DNA of 64,000 nt from Halodesulfurarchaeum sp. (GCA_034520565.1 JAXHNL010000002.1:1504001-1568000), one strand, 5' to 3'; counted from the stretch's first letter, positions 19,842 to 31,395 are shown. Made by a program: numbers and translations. The notes: a model not told the origin generated them from the sequence alone.

Positions 19842-21116
19842 ATGACCGCTACTCGAGTCGTTGTCGTCGGCGCGGGACTTGCGGGGCTCGAGACCGCACG
19901 ACTACTTGCCGCTGACGGCTTCGACGTTCAGGTTTTCGAGGCTGCTTCGACCGTCGGGGGACGAGTGCGTACGAAGCAGGTCGAGGGGTTTACGATCGAC
20001 CGGGGGTTTCAGGTGCTGTTTACGGCCTATCCCGAGGTCGCTCGCTCGCTTTCCGTGGAGGCACTCGAGTTACAGCGATTTCCGCCGGGAGCGGTCGTCT
20101 GTCGGTCGAATCATCGAAGCGTGGTTGCGGATCCACTCCGCGATCCGTTCAGGGCGATCGAAACGGCCTTTTCGCGAGATCTGACGCTCGGAGACAAGTT
20201 CCGTATTCTCCAACTTCGCCGTGCGCTGTCGGGCCGGTCCCGGGCCGAAATTTTCTCGGGCCCGGACGAGACGATCGAATCGTATCTGCGAGGCCAGGGG
20301 TTTTCGAATCGGTTCGTCGAGTCCTTTGCCGCACCGTTTTACGGGGGAATCACGCTCGATCGGTCCCTTCAGACCTCGAGCCGCGTCTTCAAGTTCACGT
20401 TCCGGATGCTCACGGAGGGGGCAGCGGCGGTCCCGGCGGCGGGGATGCAGGCGATACCCGAACAACTCGCCGATCGGGCCCACGAGTTCGGTGCGAGGAT
20501 CGAAACCGACACGCCCGTCGAATCGATCGACGGGGCTGGGCCGGTGACTGTCGACCTCGGCGGGGAATCCGTCACCGCTGACTCGGTCGTTATCGCGGCT
20601 GGACCGGCGGAAAGCAAGCGACTAACGGGGGTGGACTCGATTCCGACCACCGGGAAATCGGTCCGCACCCAGTACTTCGAGGTCGCAGCGGACAATCCGA
20701 TCGCGGAGCAACCGCGAATTCACCTCAACGCCGATGGGGGCGTGCCGAATCTGGCCGTGAGTCTCTCTGCTGTCGCCCCGTCCTACGCCCCTGCTGGGCG
20801 GGCACTGCTTGCAGCCAGTACACCGGGTGAACCGGAGCTCGATCCGGAGACCCAGGCGGATCGGACCCGACAAACAGTCGCTTCGTGGTACCCCGCGGCC
20901 TCCTTCGACGACCTTCGCCTGCTCGAAACGGTGGATGTCCCGTTCGCCCAGTACGCACAACCGCCGGGAATTCACGAGTCCCTTCCGGCAGTTTCGGCGC
21001 CCGAGGGATCGGTGTTCCTCGCCGGCGATAGCACGACCGATTCGTCGATAAACGGGGCACTGATGAGTGCCAGACAGGCAGTGAGTGAACTGCTGAGTTC
21101 AGAGGTGGGACTGTAA
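19842..21116 (+). CDS. FAD-dependent oxidoreductase (amine oxidase / phytoene desaturase-like)
   Basis: VVVGAGLAGL, VGGRVRT, DRGFQVL, LAGD..SSINGA. Confidence 0.88.
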   Translation: MTATRVVVVGAGLAGLETARLLAADGFDVQVFEAASTVGGRVRTKQVEGFTIDRGFQVLFTAYPEVARSLSVEALELQRFPPGAVVCRSNHRSVVADPLRDPFRAIETAFSRDLTLGDKFRILQLRRALSGRSRAEIFSGPDETIESYLRGQGFSNRFVESFAAPFYGGITLDRSLQTSSRVFKFTFRMLTEGAAAVPAAGMQAIPEQLADRAHEFGARIETDTPVESIDGAGPVTVDLGGESVTADSVVIAAGPAESKRLTGVDSIPTTGKSVRTQYFEVAADNPIAEQPRIHLNADGGVPNLAVSLSAVAPSYAPAGRALLAASTPGEPELDPETQADRTRQTVASWYPAASFDDLRLLETVDVPFAQYAQPPGIHESLPAVSAPEGSVFLAGDSTTDSSINGALMSARQAVSELLSSEVGL

Positions 21117-21794
21117 CTCCCCGAGCGGCGGAAAGACGAGTGGTTCCTCGTCAGTCCTCACGATGGGGCGACACGACCCGAGATCGGTTACCAGCGGCGT
21201 CATAATGTCTGCGGCGGTCCGGCCGTTAACCGTCGTTCCAACGGCCACGCGGCTAAAGGCCGGCAACACGAGCACCGAACACCCCTCGTATTGGTCGGGA
21301 CAGTTCAGATAGCAGGGGCGACGGGAGCCTTCGATGGTGATAGCCGGGTGATCGTGACCGATGATGTACCGGGAGGCTTCGGTTTCCGGGATTTCGTGGC
21401 CGTGGTGAACGACCGTTTCCCTATCGATCCGGTATCCATCGACGGTTTCGATGGACGTGACGCGATCCAGGCCCGTATCGTGATTCCCGGCAGTCACGAC
21501 GAGGTCGGCGTCACGGTCCTCGACCAGATCGACGATCTCCGCGACGGTTTCGGCGACGGTCAGTGAAACCGAATCGAAGTCGTGAACGAGATCGCCCGCA
21601 ATGACGACCTGCTCGGCGTCGTGGCGGTCGAGAAGTGCGTCGAGACGCTCGAGGATATTCGCGTGGCTCCCGATCGGGAGATCGACGCGGGAACTCCTGG
21701 CTCGGCCGAGATGGACGTCTGCCAGGACCAGTGTTCCCCGTTCGGGCAGCCACACGGCCCGGTCCTCGTAGTGAACGTCTCCGAAGGCCGTCAC
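21099..21794 (-). CDS. Metallophosphoesterase
   Basis: ADVHLG, AGDLVH, GNHD, HGH, GHDHP, LPAFS. Confidence 0.9.
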   Translation of the reverse strand: MTAFGDVHYEDRAVWLPERGTLVLADVHLGRARSSRVDLPIGSHANILERLDALLDRHDAEQVVIAGDLVHDFDSVSLTVAETVAEIVDLVEDRDADLVVTAGNHDTGLDRVTSIETVDGYRIDRETVVHHGHEIPETEASRYIIGHDHPAITIEGSRRPCYLNCPDQYEGCSVLVLPAFSRVAVGTTVNGRTAADIMTPLVTDLGSCRPIVRTDEEPLVFPPLGELQSHL

Positions 21795-21873
21795 AAGCGA
21801 AGATCGCGTTCTGGCCCAAAAGGTGTACTGTCTCGACCGGTGCAGTTTTCATCGCCGGCTTCGAGACTCCGCT

Positions 21874-22650
21874 ATGGTCGAGGTCCTTGACGACAAACGC
21901 GAGGCGACCCGATATCGGATCCTCGTGGAGATCGCCGATCGGCAACCTGCGGTGAGCCAGGGGGAGATCGCAGAGGTAGTCGGGGTAACCAGTCAGGCCG
22001 TCTCTGAGTACATCCGGGAACTCGTGACGGACGGTCTCGTCGTCAAACAGGGTCGCTCTAGATACCAGGTTACGAACGAAGGGGTCGACTGGTTGCTGGG
22101 CCACACCACCGACATCCGTCGATTCACCGAGCGAGTGGCGGACGACGTCCTCGGTGGCGTTCAGGAGGACGCCGCTATTGCGACCACGGCTATCACAGAG
22201 GGCGATACCGTCACGCTCGAAATGCGAGACGGGATGCTCCATGCCACTCCGGGCGGGGACGGCCCAGCGACGGGAACGGCGACGACGGACGCGGAGCCCG
22301 GCCACGAGGTCGGCGTCTCTGGCTTCGAGGGCGTCATCGACTTTTCTCCGGGGGCGGTTACCGTCTATCAGGTTTCACCGGTCCGCAGCGGTGGGAGTAA
22401 GCGCGTCGATACCACCGCGCTGGAGCGTGCCTGCGATGAAAGCCCGTTAGTTCTCGCAGCCGGAATCGAAGCGGTCGTCGCGCTCGATCGGATCGGACGG
22501 TCTCCGGACGGTCGGTTTGCCGTCGGCGAGGTCGCCGCGCGTGCTGCAGAACGCGGCGTGGACGTCATGGTCGTCGCCACGGCTGACGAAGTGGGACGGG
22601 TGACTGATCCACTTCGGGAGGCCGGGACCGCGTACACCGTCCAGGACTGA
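21874..22650 (+). CDS. Winged-helix (MarR-like) transcriptional regulator
   Basis: QGEIAEVVGVTSQAVSEYIREL HTH, then RYQVT..G wing. Confidence 0.85.
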   Translation: MVEVLDDKREATRYRILVEIADRQPAVSQGEIAEVVGVTSQAVSEYIRELVTDGLVVKQGRSRYQVTNEGVDWLLGHTTDIRRFTERVADDVLGGVQEDAAIATTAITEGDTVTLEMRDGMLHATPGGDGPATGTATTDAEPGHEVGVSGFEGVIDFSPGAVTVYQVSPVRSGGSKRVDTTALERACDESPLVLAAGIEAVVALDRIGRSPDGRFAVGEVAARAAERGVDVMVVATADEVGRVTDPLREAGTAYTVQD

Positions 22651-22665
22651 AAATCGTCGAACCCG

Positions 22666-23421
22666 TCAGCCGATATATCGGAGATCTTCGCCGCTCCCCG
22701 GGCTCTGGGCTTCTTCCATGTCCTGGAGCCGATTGATGACTTCTTCCATCTCGTCGGCCCGCTCGTCGAGTGCCTCGACGTCGATGTCGAAATTCAGTCG
22801 CTCCTGGAGCACGTCGAGTACGGCCCTGGCGCTTTTCGGGTCCACGAGATAGCCACTCGTTTCGCCCATCAAACAGGCAGCGTCGAGACCCCGTCGAGCG
22901 CCGAGACCGAGTAACAGTCCGCTCGTCCCGACGATGCCGCCGGTCGGCTCCTCGGATCGGAATTCGACGCCGACTGCCTCGAGATCTTCGAGAAGCGAAT
23001 CGTCGGAAACGGCGCCGAGGACGCTGTATTCTTCGATCAGTTCGCCCGTCGGAATACCGCCCAGTGAGTACACCGTGTCGGCACCGAGGCGTTCGGCCTC
23101 GTCGAGAAACGTCGACGCGAGGCGGTACTGTCCCTCGTTGTTCCCGGACTGATGATCGCCAGTCAGGACCACGAGATCCCGCCCGTTTGTGGGCACGGCG
23201 TACAGTTCCGCGTGGGCCAGGCTGGCGACGCCGTCCTCGTCGACGCCGACCTGTGGAGGGAAATATTCGGAGTAAATCTGGGCGAGGAGCGTGCTTTCGG
23301 TCTCCTCGATCAGGTGTTCGGCGACGAGCTTGCCGACGTGGCCGACGCCGGGTAAGCCCTCGACGAAAACCGGATTCTCGAGGTCGGCTTCGACGACCTG
23401 CTCTACCTCGATTTCGTTCAT
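22666..23421 (-). CDS. Proteasome assembly chaperone (PAC2 family)
   Basis: EGLPGVGHVGKL, GETSGYLVDP, C-terminal YIG; conserved position after nop10. Confidence 0.9.
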   Translation of the reverse strand: MNEIEVEQVVEADLENPVFVEGLPGVGHVGKLVAEHLIEETESTLLAQIYSEYFPPQVGVDEDGVASLAHAELYAVPTNGRDLVVLTGDHQSGNNEGQYRLASTFLDEAERLGADTVYSLGGIPTGELIEEYSVLGAVSDDSLLEDLEAVGVEFRSEEPTGGIVGTSGLLLGLGARRGLDAACLMGETSGYLVDPKSARAVLDVLQERLNFDIDVEALDERADEMEEVINRLQDMEEAQSPGSGEDLRYIG

Positions 23422-23425
23422 GTCC

Positions 23426-23608
23426 CTAGGCTTGGCGACGCTCCTTAAGAGCGCGTCGGTACTCGCCATATGGATCTGCAGGATCGAATTTCGCCGGGGC
23501 GCTGTTGACCGTTTTTGCACCGCACTCGGGACAGGAATCTTCGATCGTGTACACCGGTCGCTCGTGATTCGTTTCCCACGCTGTACAGACGCGAATATCG
23601 GATTTCAC
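23426..23608 (-). CDS. nop10: H/ACA RNP protein Nop10
   Basis: YT...CPECG, PAKFDPADPYGEYRR. Confidence 0.93.
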   Translation of the reverse strand: MKSDIRVCTAWETNHERPVYTIEDSCPECGAKTVNSAPAKFDPADPYGEYRRALKERRQA

Positions 23609-23613
23609 GGGCT

Positions 23614-24414
23614 CTACTCGTCGTCGATTCGCCGCTCGCGGTGGAACTCCCCGGAGCCGCCTGCGGATACGACGGCGTCGATGGCCCTGTCAGCGGCGGC
23701 TTCGAGTGCCGATTCGGCGGTCTTGTACGTCGGTGCCCTGACGCGAATCCGGTATTCCGGTGCGCCGACGTACGTGACTTCGAGATCGACTTCGTCGGGA
23801 ATTTCCCCGTTCCCTTCCGCCGCTTTGAGTGCATCCTGCACGTCGTCGACGCCGTCGGGATTTGGCGATCGAATATCGACGTACCCGGTTACGGTCACAT
23901 AGGGGACCGAGACGTTCTCGCGGGCGGTCTCCACGACAGCATTGAGATCGTCTTCCGGCAGGTCGATGTCGTCGAGGGCCGGTCGGCCGTGGATAGCCGC
24001 CTGTTCGAAACTGTCATACAGGCTGCCGAACTCTTCGAGAAGTTCGTCGGCCACCTCGCGGAAGCGGTCGTCCGGCATGTCCTCGCCGAACGCGAGCGTG
24101 AGCCACTTGTCGGCCTTTTGCTCGTTTTTCCAGCGCTGGATCGTCTCGGAACGCTGGTGGTCGTTCACGTCCTTGATGGAGAGATCGATCTGCTGGGAGG
24201 AGCGATCAACGTCGAGGACTTTCGCGACGACGGTCTGTCCCTCCTTTACGTGATCGGAGATGTTCTTGATCCACCCGGAGGCGACCTCGCTGATGTGGGC
24301 TAACCCGCGTTTTTCTTCGTACTCCTCGAGATCCACGAAAACGCCGAAGTCCTCGATCTCTTCGACCTTGCCGACGACGAGTTCCCCGGGATCGGGCCAG
24401 CCCTCGTACTTCAT
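23614..24414 (-). CDS. eif2a: Translation initiation factor aIF-2 alpha
   Basis: [15 protein letters not shown]1 domain, [19 protein letters not shown]. Confidence 0.96.
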   Translation of the reverse strand: MKYEGWPDPGELVVGKVEEIEDFGVFVDLEEYEEKRGLAHISEVASGWIKNISDHVKEGQTVVAKVLDVDRSSQQIDLSIKDVNDHQRSETIQRWKNEQKADKWLTLAFGEDMPDDRFREVADELLEEFGSLYDSFEQAAIHGRPALDDIDLPEDDLNAVVETARENVSVPYVTVTGYVDIRSPNPDGVDDVQDALKAAEGNGEIPDEVDLEVTYVGAPEYRIRVRAPTYKTAESALEAAADRAIDAVVSAGGSGEFHRERRIDDE

Positions 24415-24584
24415 CGTTGTTCGACGACTTCGAGTACCTCGGCGTCGAGTTCCGCGATGCCGCCGGTCGGCGTCGCGAGCGTCGTGCCACAGACGGCACA
24501 CGAGACTTCCGAGGATGCCTTCTCGAAGACGGTCTGTTCGTTCTCACAGTCCGGACACTCGACGCGGAGGAAGCTTCCTGCCAT
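24411..24584 (-). CDS. rps27e: 30S ribosomal protein S27e
   Basis: Not in ORF track (57 aa): [57 protein letters not shown]. Confidence 0.95.
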   Translation of the reverse strand: MAGSFLRVECPDCENEQTVFEKASSEVSCAVCGTTLATPTGGIAELDAEVLEVVEQR

Positions 24585-24587
24585 GAG

Positions 24588-24869
24588 TCACTCCGTCAGT
24601 TCGAGTTTCCCGGCCCGCCATCCCTCTCGAAGGTGGGCGTTGCCACACTCGCTGCAGCGGTACTTCAGGTCGGTCTTCTTCGTGGGTTTGTCCCCTCCCG
24701 GAACCTTCGAGAACTTGCCGGCGTTACCGATGGTGGATTTACCCCGCTTCTCCTGGCGGTCGGCCCACTTCATCCCGGTCTCACGACCGCGGCGGACTTT
24801 TTCGACCTCGTGCTGGGTGTGTGTATCGCAGTGCGGACAGTACGTATTGATTCGGCGTGGCATCTGCAT
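24588..24869 (-). CDS. rpl44e: 50S ribosomal protein L44e
   Basis: [14 protein letters not shown]...[16 protein letters not shown]. Confidence 0.96.
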   Translation of the reverse strand: MQMPRRINTYCPHCDTHTQHEVEKVRRGRETGMKWADRQEKRGKSTIGNAGKFSKVPGGDKPTKKTDLKYRCSECGNAHLREGWRAGKLELTE

Positions 24870-25015
24870 GGAAATCGATCCTGTTGAAGTTGGGTTGGTG
24901 AGGGGGAGTTAAAACGCGTTTGGTTCGCCGCCCGAGTCACGCCCCGAAATCCGGGGCCTTGACCGCCCCGAGAAAGTTCGAAACGTTTACTCCCCGGTCC
25001 GACGAAGCAGACATC

Positions 25016-25282
25016 ATGAAGCGGCTCATCATCCACGGCGACCCGGGCGTGCGCAAGGACGGCATCGTCGAGGTCGACGGCGAGGAGTACACGTTGTTCC
25101 AGGTCACCCGGAACGGTGACTGGCACGGCCCGGATCGGGTCCAGCTGTGGTGTATTGCCGGGGAACCCGACGAGCAGGAGGACTTCGAGAAGCGAAACTA
25201 CATCCCCCACTTCCTCGACGTCGAAGCCGTGGACGCCGAGGCCGTCGACGTCAAAAAGCGCGCCGGCGATCTGGCCGTTTAA
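25016..25282 (+). CDS. Conserved small haloarchaeal protein
   Basis: MKRLIIHGDPG...RNGDWHGPDRVQLWC, acidic composition, typical codon usage. Confidence 0.75.
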   Translation: MKRLIIHGDPGVRKDGIVEVDGEEYTLFQVTRNGDWHGPDRVQLWCIAGEPDEQEDFEKRNYIPHFLDVEAVDAEAVDVKKRAGDLAV

Positions 25283-25351
25283 GGATCAGTTTGGGCCCGG
25301 GAGTACGTTTTCACCCCTCCGATGAATCGTGTTTACCGCATTCGCGAGTGA

Positions 25352-27691
25352 TCAGTCATCACTCGGTGTTCTTGCTCCGTTCACTCGATAGATCGTCACG
25401 TGACCGTCGTCGTAGGCAACTGAAATCCCGGGTTCGATCGCGTAATTCGGCGGGTCGTACCGCTCGTTTTCGATCGGTCCGACGTAGATGTAGGTCACGT
25501 CGTACATTTCGAGGAGGAGCATTCGGGACTCCGGCTCGTCGGTCTCGAAGATGATTTCGACGTCCTGCACCCGGTCCCAGTATGCGTTTGCCCCTCGATA
25601 CCCGACCTCGTGGGACCAGCCGGCGACGGTCGGGATGCCGGTCATGCTCGACGGGGCGTTGACCCACCGGTAGATTTCGGTTCCAGGGGCCGAGACCATC
25701 GTTGGCTGGCCACTTCGGTCCGCGAGCCACCGAATCGCAGCCGCCTCCTCCGGATGGTCCTCCTCGATATAGGCGTGGGCATCGAGCGTGGGCCCAGTCG
25801 TGCCGCTTCCGATCCCCCAGATCGTTCCCAGCACCGGGTAGATCGAAAGAGAGACAAGTAATACGAGAAGCACCACTGTCGCGAGACGCTGTTTTTTGGT
25901 GGTGGTCCAGTTTCCACGTTCGGGTCGTGAATCCGGCCCGTCTCCGGAACGCCACGAGTGAACCGTCTGTAAGACGTTTCGTTTTGCTTCAGCGAGCGCT
26001 GGTCCGGGCCCCTCCGGCCCGACGAGCCAGGCACCCATTACCCCGGCAGCGACGGCCCAGAGCGCCCAGACCTGCGCCGAGATTTTGAAGACCGTGTTCA
26101 TCCGACCGGGTCCGGCCTCCTCGATGACGTAGACGAACTCGACGAGCAAGAGGAGCCCGAGGGCCCCGACGAGCATGACGAGTTCGAAGGAGACGTCCTC
26201 GCGGGATCGAAGCAGGACCCAGCCACCGAACAGGAGCGGAACGAACAGGGCAACTGCCGGGGCTCGAAAGAACGTGGCCACTACCACCAGTCCAGCCAAC
26301 AGCACAGCAACTCCCCACCAGTCCCGGCGGTCGAATCTCGCGGCGAGATACGCGCTACCGATCCCGATGAAGCCGCCGAACACGAGGTAGCCCGCCCAGA
26401 TTACTCCGCGGGCTCGGCAGGAATCCGACCGAGCGACCACTTGCCGCCCCTGTGAGGAACGGAAATACGGAAATGGCGCCCAGAACTGCCACGACGAGTG
26501 CCAACATACCGGCTAACACCACCCGGCTGGTTTCGGTCGCGACTGGGCGGTCGGCGAGCGCTCTCTCGAAGAATTCGCGAACGCCGGCCGGAAACATCGT
26601 CCAGGGTGCTGCGGGAGCAAACACGAGTGCGAGAGCGGTCATCCCGAAGAGCGCGGGGGCACTCCACGTGTTTGTTACCACCAGCAATCCGCCGATGGGG
26701 ACGATGGCAAGGAGTCGAAGAACCCGGCCACGACGGTCAGTTTCCGGGCGCTTCCAGATGGCAAAGGCAAGCCCCACGCCCAGCAAAAGGAACACCGGAC
26801 TCATCATGTGGGCGTGGAGGTCCCCGTTGAGGAACGCGAAAAACGGAAACTCGGTGATGAGTTGCCAGTCGCCGGCCGCGTTGCCGTGGATCACCCGGCT
26901 CGCGTACCAGTAATGGAAGTTCATCGGGCCGGTTGCGAGACCAACGACTTCCAGACCGACGAGGTCCGCGAACGCCCTTCCCACGCCATCGGGGAGAATC
27001 CAGACGAGGAGCCGTGCTGGAGTCGAAAGGTTGCCGGCGAGGCCGACGAAAAACGCACCGAGTCCCCCGCCGACCCAGTACGGTCGATCGAGTTCGGCCG
27101 CGATGGCACCGGAGAGTCCCCACGCCGCCGTGACGTACGCCGCGAAGTAGCCGGCAAGCGCAGTGTTGTAGGCATATCGCGGCGCGGTGTCGGTCAGCAT
27201 CGCGAAAACAGCCGCGAGCATGTGGCCCCCGGTAGTAATACTTGGACGGTTTCCCCGGCGAACCAGCATGTCCTGTGGGGGAAGCGACGTCGCTCTCAGG
27301 AGGGAGGCCAGCAGGCCGAAGTCGAGGAATTTCTCGCCCCCGCCGGGGAACGCACCTGGCCGGAACAATCGAATGAGGATCAGGAAGAGGTATGCGAGCG
27401 TAAAGACGATCGCGGCGTTTCGAAACCGCCGGGTGTCGATGTCGACACCTCGCCGAAGCGAAAGCGCGGACAGCCCACCGAGGAACGAGCAGTGCTCCGG
27501 TGCGGCCCCAAACCGAATCGGAACTGTCCGATCCAGTAGGCGGCAAACGCGAGGATGGCGAAGGCAACGGGAATCGCGAGGCCCGCTCCACGATCCGTAA
27601 CGCTCGAAAAGAGGAGGCTCGCGAACGGGAGTGCCAGGGCTCCCAGTCCCAGGAAGAGCCCGAGCCAGACGACGATCACGCCGAGTTCCAC
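25352..27691 (-). CDS. DUF2298 (YYY domain) polytopic membrane protein, putative GT-C glycosyltransferase; several frameshifts
   Basis: Segments in ORFs 27380..27691, 26355..28016 and 25352..26440: GGEKFLDFG, YYY in a shifted frame, EFPFFAFLNGDLHAH, RMNTVFK, TGIPTVAGW, IYVGPIE. Confidence 0.8.
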
Positions 27692-27830
27692 AGGAGTGCC
27701 TTCTTCCGGATTCCCCTATACACCTTGTGGACCGGATCGGTGGGCGGGCTTCCCCCCTATCACGGCTGGTCCTGGCCTGGCGGACTCCGTATCGAATGCT
27801 TTTACACGATGTGTGGCTGAGTTCCGGGAA

Positions 27831-28610
27831 ATGACGCGGAGCGTCGGGATCGTCGTTCCCGCCTATCGGCCGGACGTGTCCGTGCTCGTGGAGTATCTCG
27901 TGGACGTCGAGCGGGAACTCGAGCCCGAAACGCTTCGGGTCGAACTCGACGCCCCGACGGACGAGACGCTCGAAGCGCTTCGGGAAACGTCGGCGACGAT
28001 CAACGCCGTCGATCACCGTCGTGGAAAGGGTGCAGCGATTACCGCGGGGTTCGAAGCCCTTTCGACGGACGTCCTCGCGTTTGCCGACGCCGATGGAAGC
28101 ACCCCTGCCGAATCGATCCGGGCGGTCGTCGATGCCGTCGAAACTGGGAACAGCGACGTTGCCGTCGGGTCACGCCGGCATCCGGATGCCGACGTTCGGT
28201 CCCACCAGACCGTCCTCAGGCAGCATCTCGGTGACGCATTCGCCTGGATCGCCCGTCGCTTTCTCGGTCCCAAGTTGCGCGATTACCAGTGTGGCGCCAA
28301 GGCCATGACTCGGGAGACGTGGCTCGCCATCCGTGAACACCTCTACGAACCGGGGTTCGCCTGGGACGTCGAAGTGATCGCCATGGCCGACGCGTTCGGG
28401 TTCGAAATCACCGAGGTCCCGGTCATCTGGATCGACCATCCCGATTCGACGGTCACGACGACGAGCGCGGTTCCGGAACTGCTGTGGGCGCTTTTTTCCG
28501 CCCGCAATCGAGCGAAAATGCTGATGCGGGGTCAACTCCACGGGACCGGGTCCGGTGGCGAGACGACAACCCCAAATGACGAGCGTCCGCTCGTGGAGCG
28601 TGAGGAATGA
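27831..28610 (+). CDS. Family 2 glycosyltransferase (dolichyl-phosphate glycosyltransferase-like)
   Basis: IVVPAY, GKGAAITAG, FADADGS, VGSR, DYQCGAK, GFAWDVE. Confidence 0.9.
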   Translation: MTRSVGIVVPAYRPDVSVLVEYLVDVERELEPETLRVELDAPTDETLEALRETSATINAVDHRRGKGAAITAGFEALSTDVLAFADADGSTPAESIRAVVDAVETGNSDVAVGSRRHPDADVRSHQTVLRQHLGDAFAWIARRFLGPKLRDYQCGAKAMTRETWLAIREHLYEPGFAWDVEVIAMADAFGFEITEVPVIWIDHPDSTVTTTSAVPELLWALFSARNRAKMLMRGQLHGTGSGGETTTPNDERPLVEREE

Positions 28611-29083
28611 CCGGGCTCGAGGAACTGATCGCTGGTATTCAGGTTCGAATCAGAGCGATTGCCTCGGGTGCGCGTATCGGCCAGTTCGTCTCCGTCGGGA
28701 TCAGCGGTGCGACCCTCGAGACGATCATCGTGTTCCTGCTGACCGGCATCATCACGATTCCGCCGCTGGCTGCCAAGGCTGTCGGGGCCGAGGCCTCGAT
28801 CACGCTCATGTTTCTTCTCAACGACCGCTGGACCTTCGCGGGCGAGGGGAGGACGGGACTCCGTGCGGTTGGCCGTAGATACCTCAAATCACACACCGTG
28901 CGGATTGGCGGGCTCGCCGTGGCATTCGCCACGCTTTACGTGTTGACGGCGTGGACTGAGATCGAACTCGTGCTCTCGGGGGCCGACTTCTGGCCGACGA
29001 TCGCCAACCTCATCGGTATCGGCGTCGGGATGACGATCAATTACGTCGCGGAGAGTCTCATCACCTGGCGGGTCCACCGATAA
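28607..29083 (+). CDS. GtrA family flippase-like protein
   Basis: QFVSVG, FLLNDRWTF, four TM helices, overlaps GT2 stop. Confidence 0.88.
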   Translation: MTGLEELIAGIQVRIRAIASGARIGQFVSVGISGATLETIIVFLLTGIITIPPLAAKAVGAEASITLMFLLNDRWTFAGEGRTGLRAVGRRYLKSHTVRIGGLAVAFATLYVLTAWTEIELVLSGADFWPTIANLIGIGVGMTINYVAESLITWRVHR

Positions 29084-29139
29084 CGGGACGTGTCGCGGGT
29101 CGGGGCGAGACGGGAAAACGAGGACACGAAAACCCCTGA

Positions 29140-29700
29140 TCAGTCCGCTTCGTCGACGATGCGTAGTTCACCGTCCTCGACCTCGACCGTGATCAGGGTC
29201 TTGACGTCATGACCGGTCTCGTCGAGTTCGTTCGGGCCGGCCTTCTTGATGACGGCGACGGTGTCGACCACGTCCGCGCCGATGTGCTCCAGGGCCTCGA
29301 TGATCGCTCGAAGTGTGCCACCCGTCGAGAGCACGTCGTCGAGGACCAGTACCCGGTCGCCGGCCTCCACGTCGTTGATGTACATCTCCTCCTCCGAGTA
29401 GCCGGTCTGCTGTGTCAGCGCGACCTCACCTTCGAGGCCGTATTGCCGCTTTCGGATGACCACCAGCGGGATGTCAGTCATGAGAGAGACGGCAGTCGAG
29501 ATGTGGATCCCCATTGCTGCGGGGGTGACGATCTTGTCGACGTCCTCGAGTTGGGCCTTTCGAATGATCTTGATGACGATTTCCCGAAGCAGCCCCGGTT
29601 TCAGCATCGGGACCCCGTCGCTGATCGGGTGGACGAAGTACTGGTAGTCCCCCTTCTCGATGATCGGCGCGGAGAGAAGTGACCGTTCGAGTTGATCCAT
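29140..29700 (-). CDS. hpt: Hypoxanthine/guanine phosphoribosyltransferase (archaeal)
   Basis: [28 protein letters not shown] motif. Confidence 0.88.
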   Translation of the reverse strand: MDQLERSLLSAPIIEKGDYQYFVHPISDGVPMLKPGLLREIVIKIIRKAQLEDVDKIVTPAAMGIHISTAVSLMTDIPLVVIRKRQYGLEGEVALTQQTGYSEEEMYINDVEAGDRVLVLDDVLSTGGTLRAIIEALEHIGADVVDTVAVIKKAGPNELDETGHDVKTLITVEVEDGELRIVDEAD

Positions 29701-29950
29701 GTTGCCTGTACCTGCGGTCGGGAATAAAATGTGGCGGTTCCCGGATACCGCCGCCCATCGAGCTAAAATTCTCGAGGACTTCTCGAAATATGCGCGAATT
29801 TACGCCGTACAGGGCCCCCCTATCGCTATTGTGAATCATCGGCCAACCACGGAAGCAGAACGGAAATGGTTTTGTCCCCCATTCGCAAGAGGTGGATAAG
29901 ACGATGCTCGAACGATGGAACCGATTGTCGTTACGGGCGACGAGGGATGA

Positions 29951-31108
29951 GTGATGCCAGCAGCTGGCACTGACATCCTGGTTCCGGTCAACGATTCCGA
30001 AACGTTTCGGAACACGGTGACCTACGCGGTTCGGGAGGCCCAGGATATCGCCGAGAACGAGGGGACGAAGCCGACGGTTTACTTCGTCTACCCCATCCGT
30101 TGGCGACCGATAAAAGGTGTCGACGTCCTCCCCGGCGATTCTACGGATTTGTTCGAACGAATCCACTTGTGGGCCCGGGAAGACCTCGATGAGGAGGCGC
30201 TTTCGGACGGTGAACTCCCGATCGAGATCGTGACCGACCTGATCGGTCGGGATCGATATCTGTTCTCCCCTGCCGATTATGCCTCGGTGATTCGCGAGTA
30301 CGCACATGACCACGATATCGAACGCGTCGTCCTCGATCCCGAATACCACCCGGGCGGAACCGCGCCCCTGATGGAACCGATTCTGGCGGCACTCGAACTC
30401 ACCGGGTTGACAGTCGAGGAAGCACCAGTCGAACGGGTTACCGTGCGCACGCCGGTTTCGAGTCGGGCGACGCTCGCGAAAGCGGGCCTGGTGTTCGGTG
30501 TCTCCTATGCGTTTTATTTGATCCTCGGTGGAACATTGACCTCATTCAATCTGCTAACCGGGGCCCTCGTCGCCGGACTTTCGACAGCGGTTTTTGCAGG
30601 GATCACGGCAGAACACCGGCCGGTATTCACATCACTTTTCGCTCGCGTAGCCAGATTGCTCGTCTATTTCCCGTATCTCCTCTGGGAAATCGCGAAAGCA
30701 AATCTTAGCGTCGCCTACATCATCCTTCACCCGAGTTTACCCATCGACCCGGAGATGCGTCAGTTCGAAGCGGCGGTCTGGGGCGAGTATTCGGTCACCA
30801 CGTTGGCGAACAGCATCACGTTGACTCCGGGAACCTTGACCGTGGACGTCCGTCGTGACAGTCTCTATATTCACACGTTGACACAAGATGCCCGGGACGG
30901 CCTCGACGACGGTGCCCTCGAACGAGCGGTCCGATTCGTCTTTTTCGGGCGAAATGCGATGGATATTCCGACACCGCTGGAGCGAAACGCGGTTTTGGCT
31001 CCAGAAACGGCAACTGTCAGGCGTCGACTCAGGGACGAACTGACGCGGTTTTCGGCAGACGGGGAGATCCGTGTTCCCGAACGGCCGGAGGGGTGGGACG
31101 AGGAATGA
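29951..31108 (+). CDS. mrpE: Mrp antiporter subunit E with N-terminal Usp-like domain
   Basis: C-terminal LANSITLTPGTLTVD..LYIHTL; N-terminal ILVPVNDS.....V.YA Usp-like start. Confidence 0.88.
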   Translation: MMPAAGTDILVPVNDSETFRNTVTYAVREAQDIAENEGTKPTVYFVYPIRWRPIKGVDVLPGDSTDLFERIHLWAREDLDEEALSDGELPIEIVTDLIGRDRYLFSPADYASVIREYAHDHDIERVVLDPEYHPGGTAPLMEPILAALELTGLTVEEAPVERVTVRTPVSSRATLAKAGLVFGVSYAFYLILGGTLTSFNLLTGALVAGLSTAVFAGITAEHRPVFTSLFARVARLLVYFPYLLWEIAKANLSVAYIILHPSLPIDPEMRQFEAAVWGEYSVTTLANSITLTPGTLTVDVRRDSLYIHTLTQDARDGLDDGALERAVRFVFFGRNAMDIPTPLERNAVLAPETATVRRRLRDELTRFSADGEIRVPERPEGWDEE

Positions 31109-31395
31109 TCGAACAGAGCGTAGTCACCTTCGAAACGGCCTTGCTCGGTGCCGCCACCGTGACGGTCCTTTTTGCCGTCGGATTGCTCTATCGCGTCGCA
31201 GTGGGCCCCACGATGGAGGACCGTGTGATCGCCATCAACGCCGTGGGGACGAACACGGTCGTGGTGCTCGCGTTACTGGCGGTGGCCCTCGACCGCCCCG
31301 GCTTTCTCGACATCGCGATCGTGTACGCATTGCTCAACTTCCTCGCGAGTATCGCGATCTCGAAGTTCATCGTGGAACGCGGAGGTGTCCTCTAG
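31105..31395 (+). CDS. mrpF: Mrp antiporter subunit F
   Basis: GPTMEDRVIA, LDIAIVYALLNF. Confidence 0.92.
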   Translation: MIEQSVVTFETALLGAATVTVLFAVGLLYRVAVGPTMEDRVIAINAVGTNTVVVLALLAVALDRPGFLDIAIVYALLNFLASIAISKFIVERGGVL

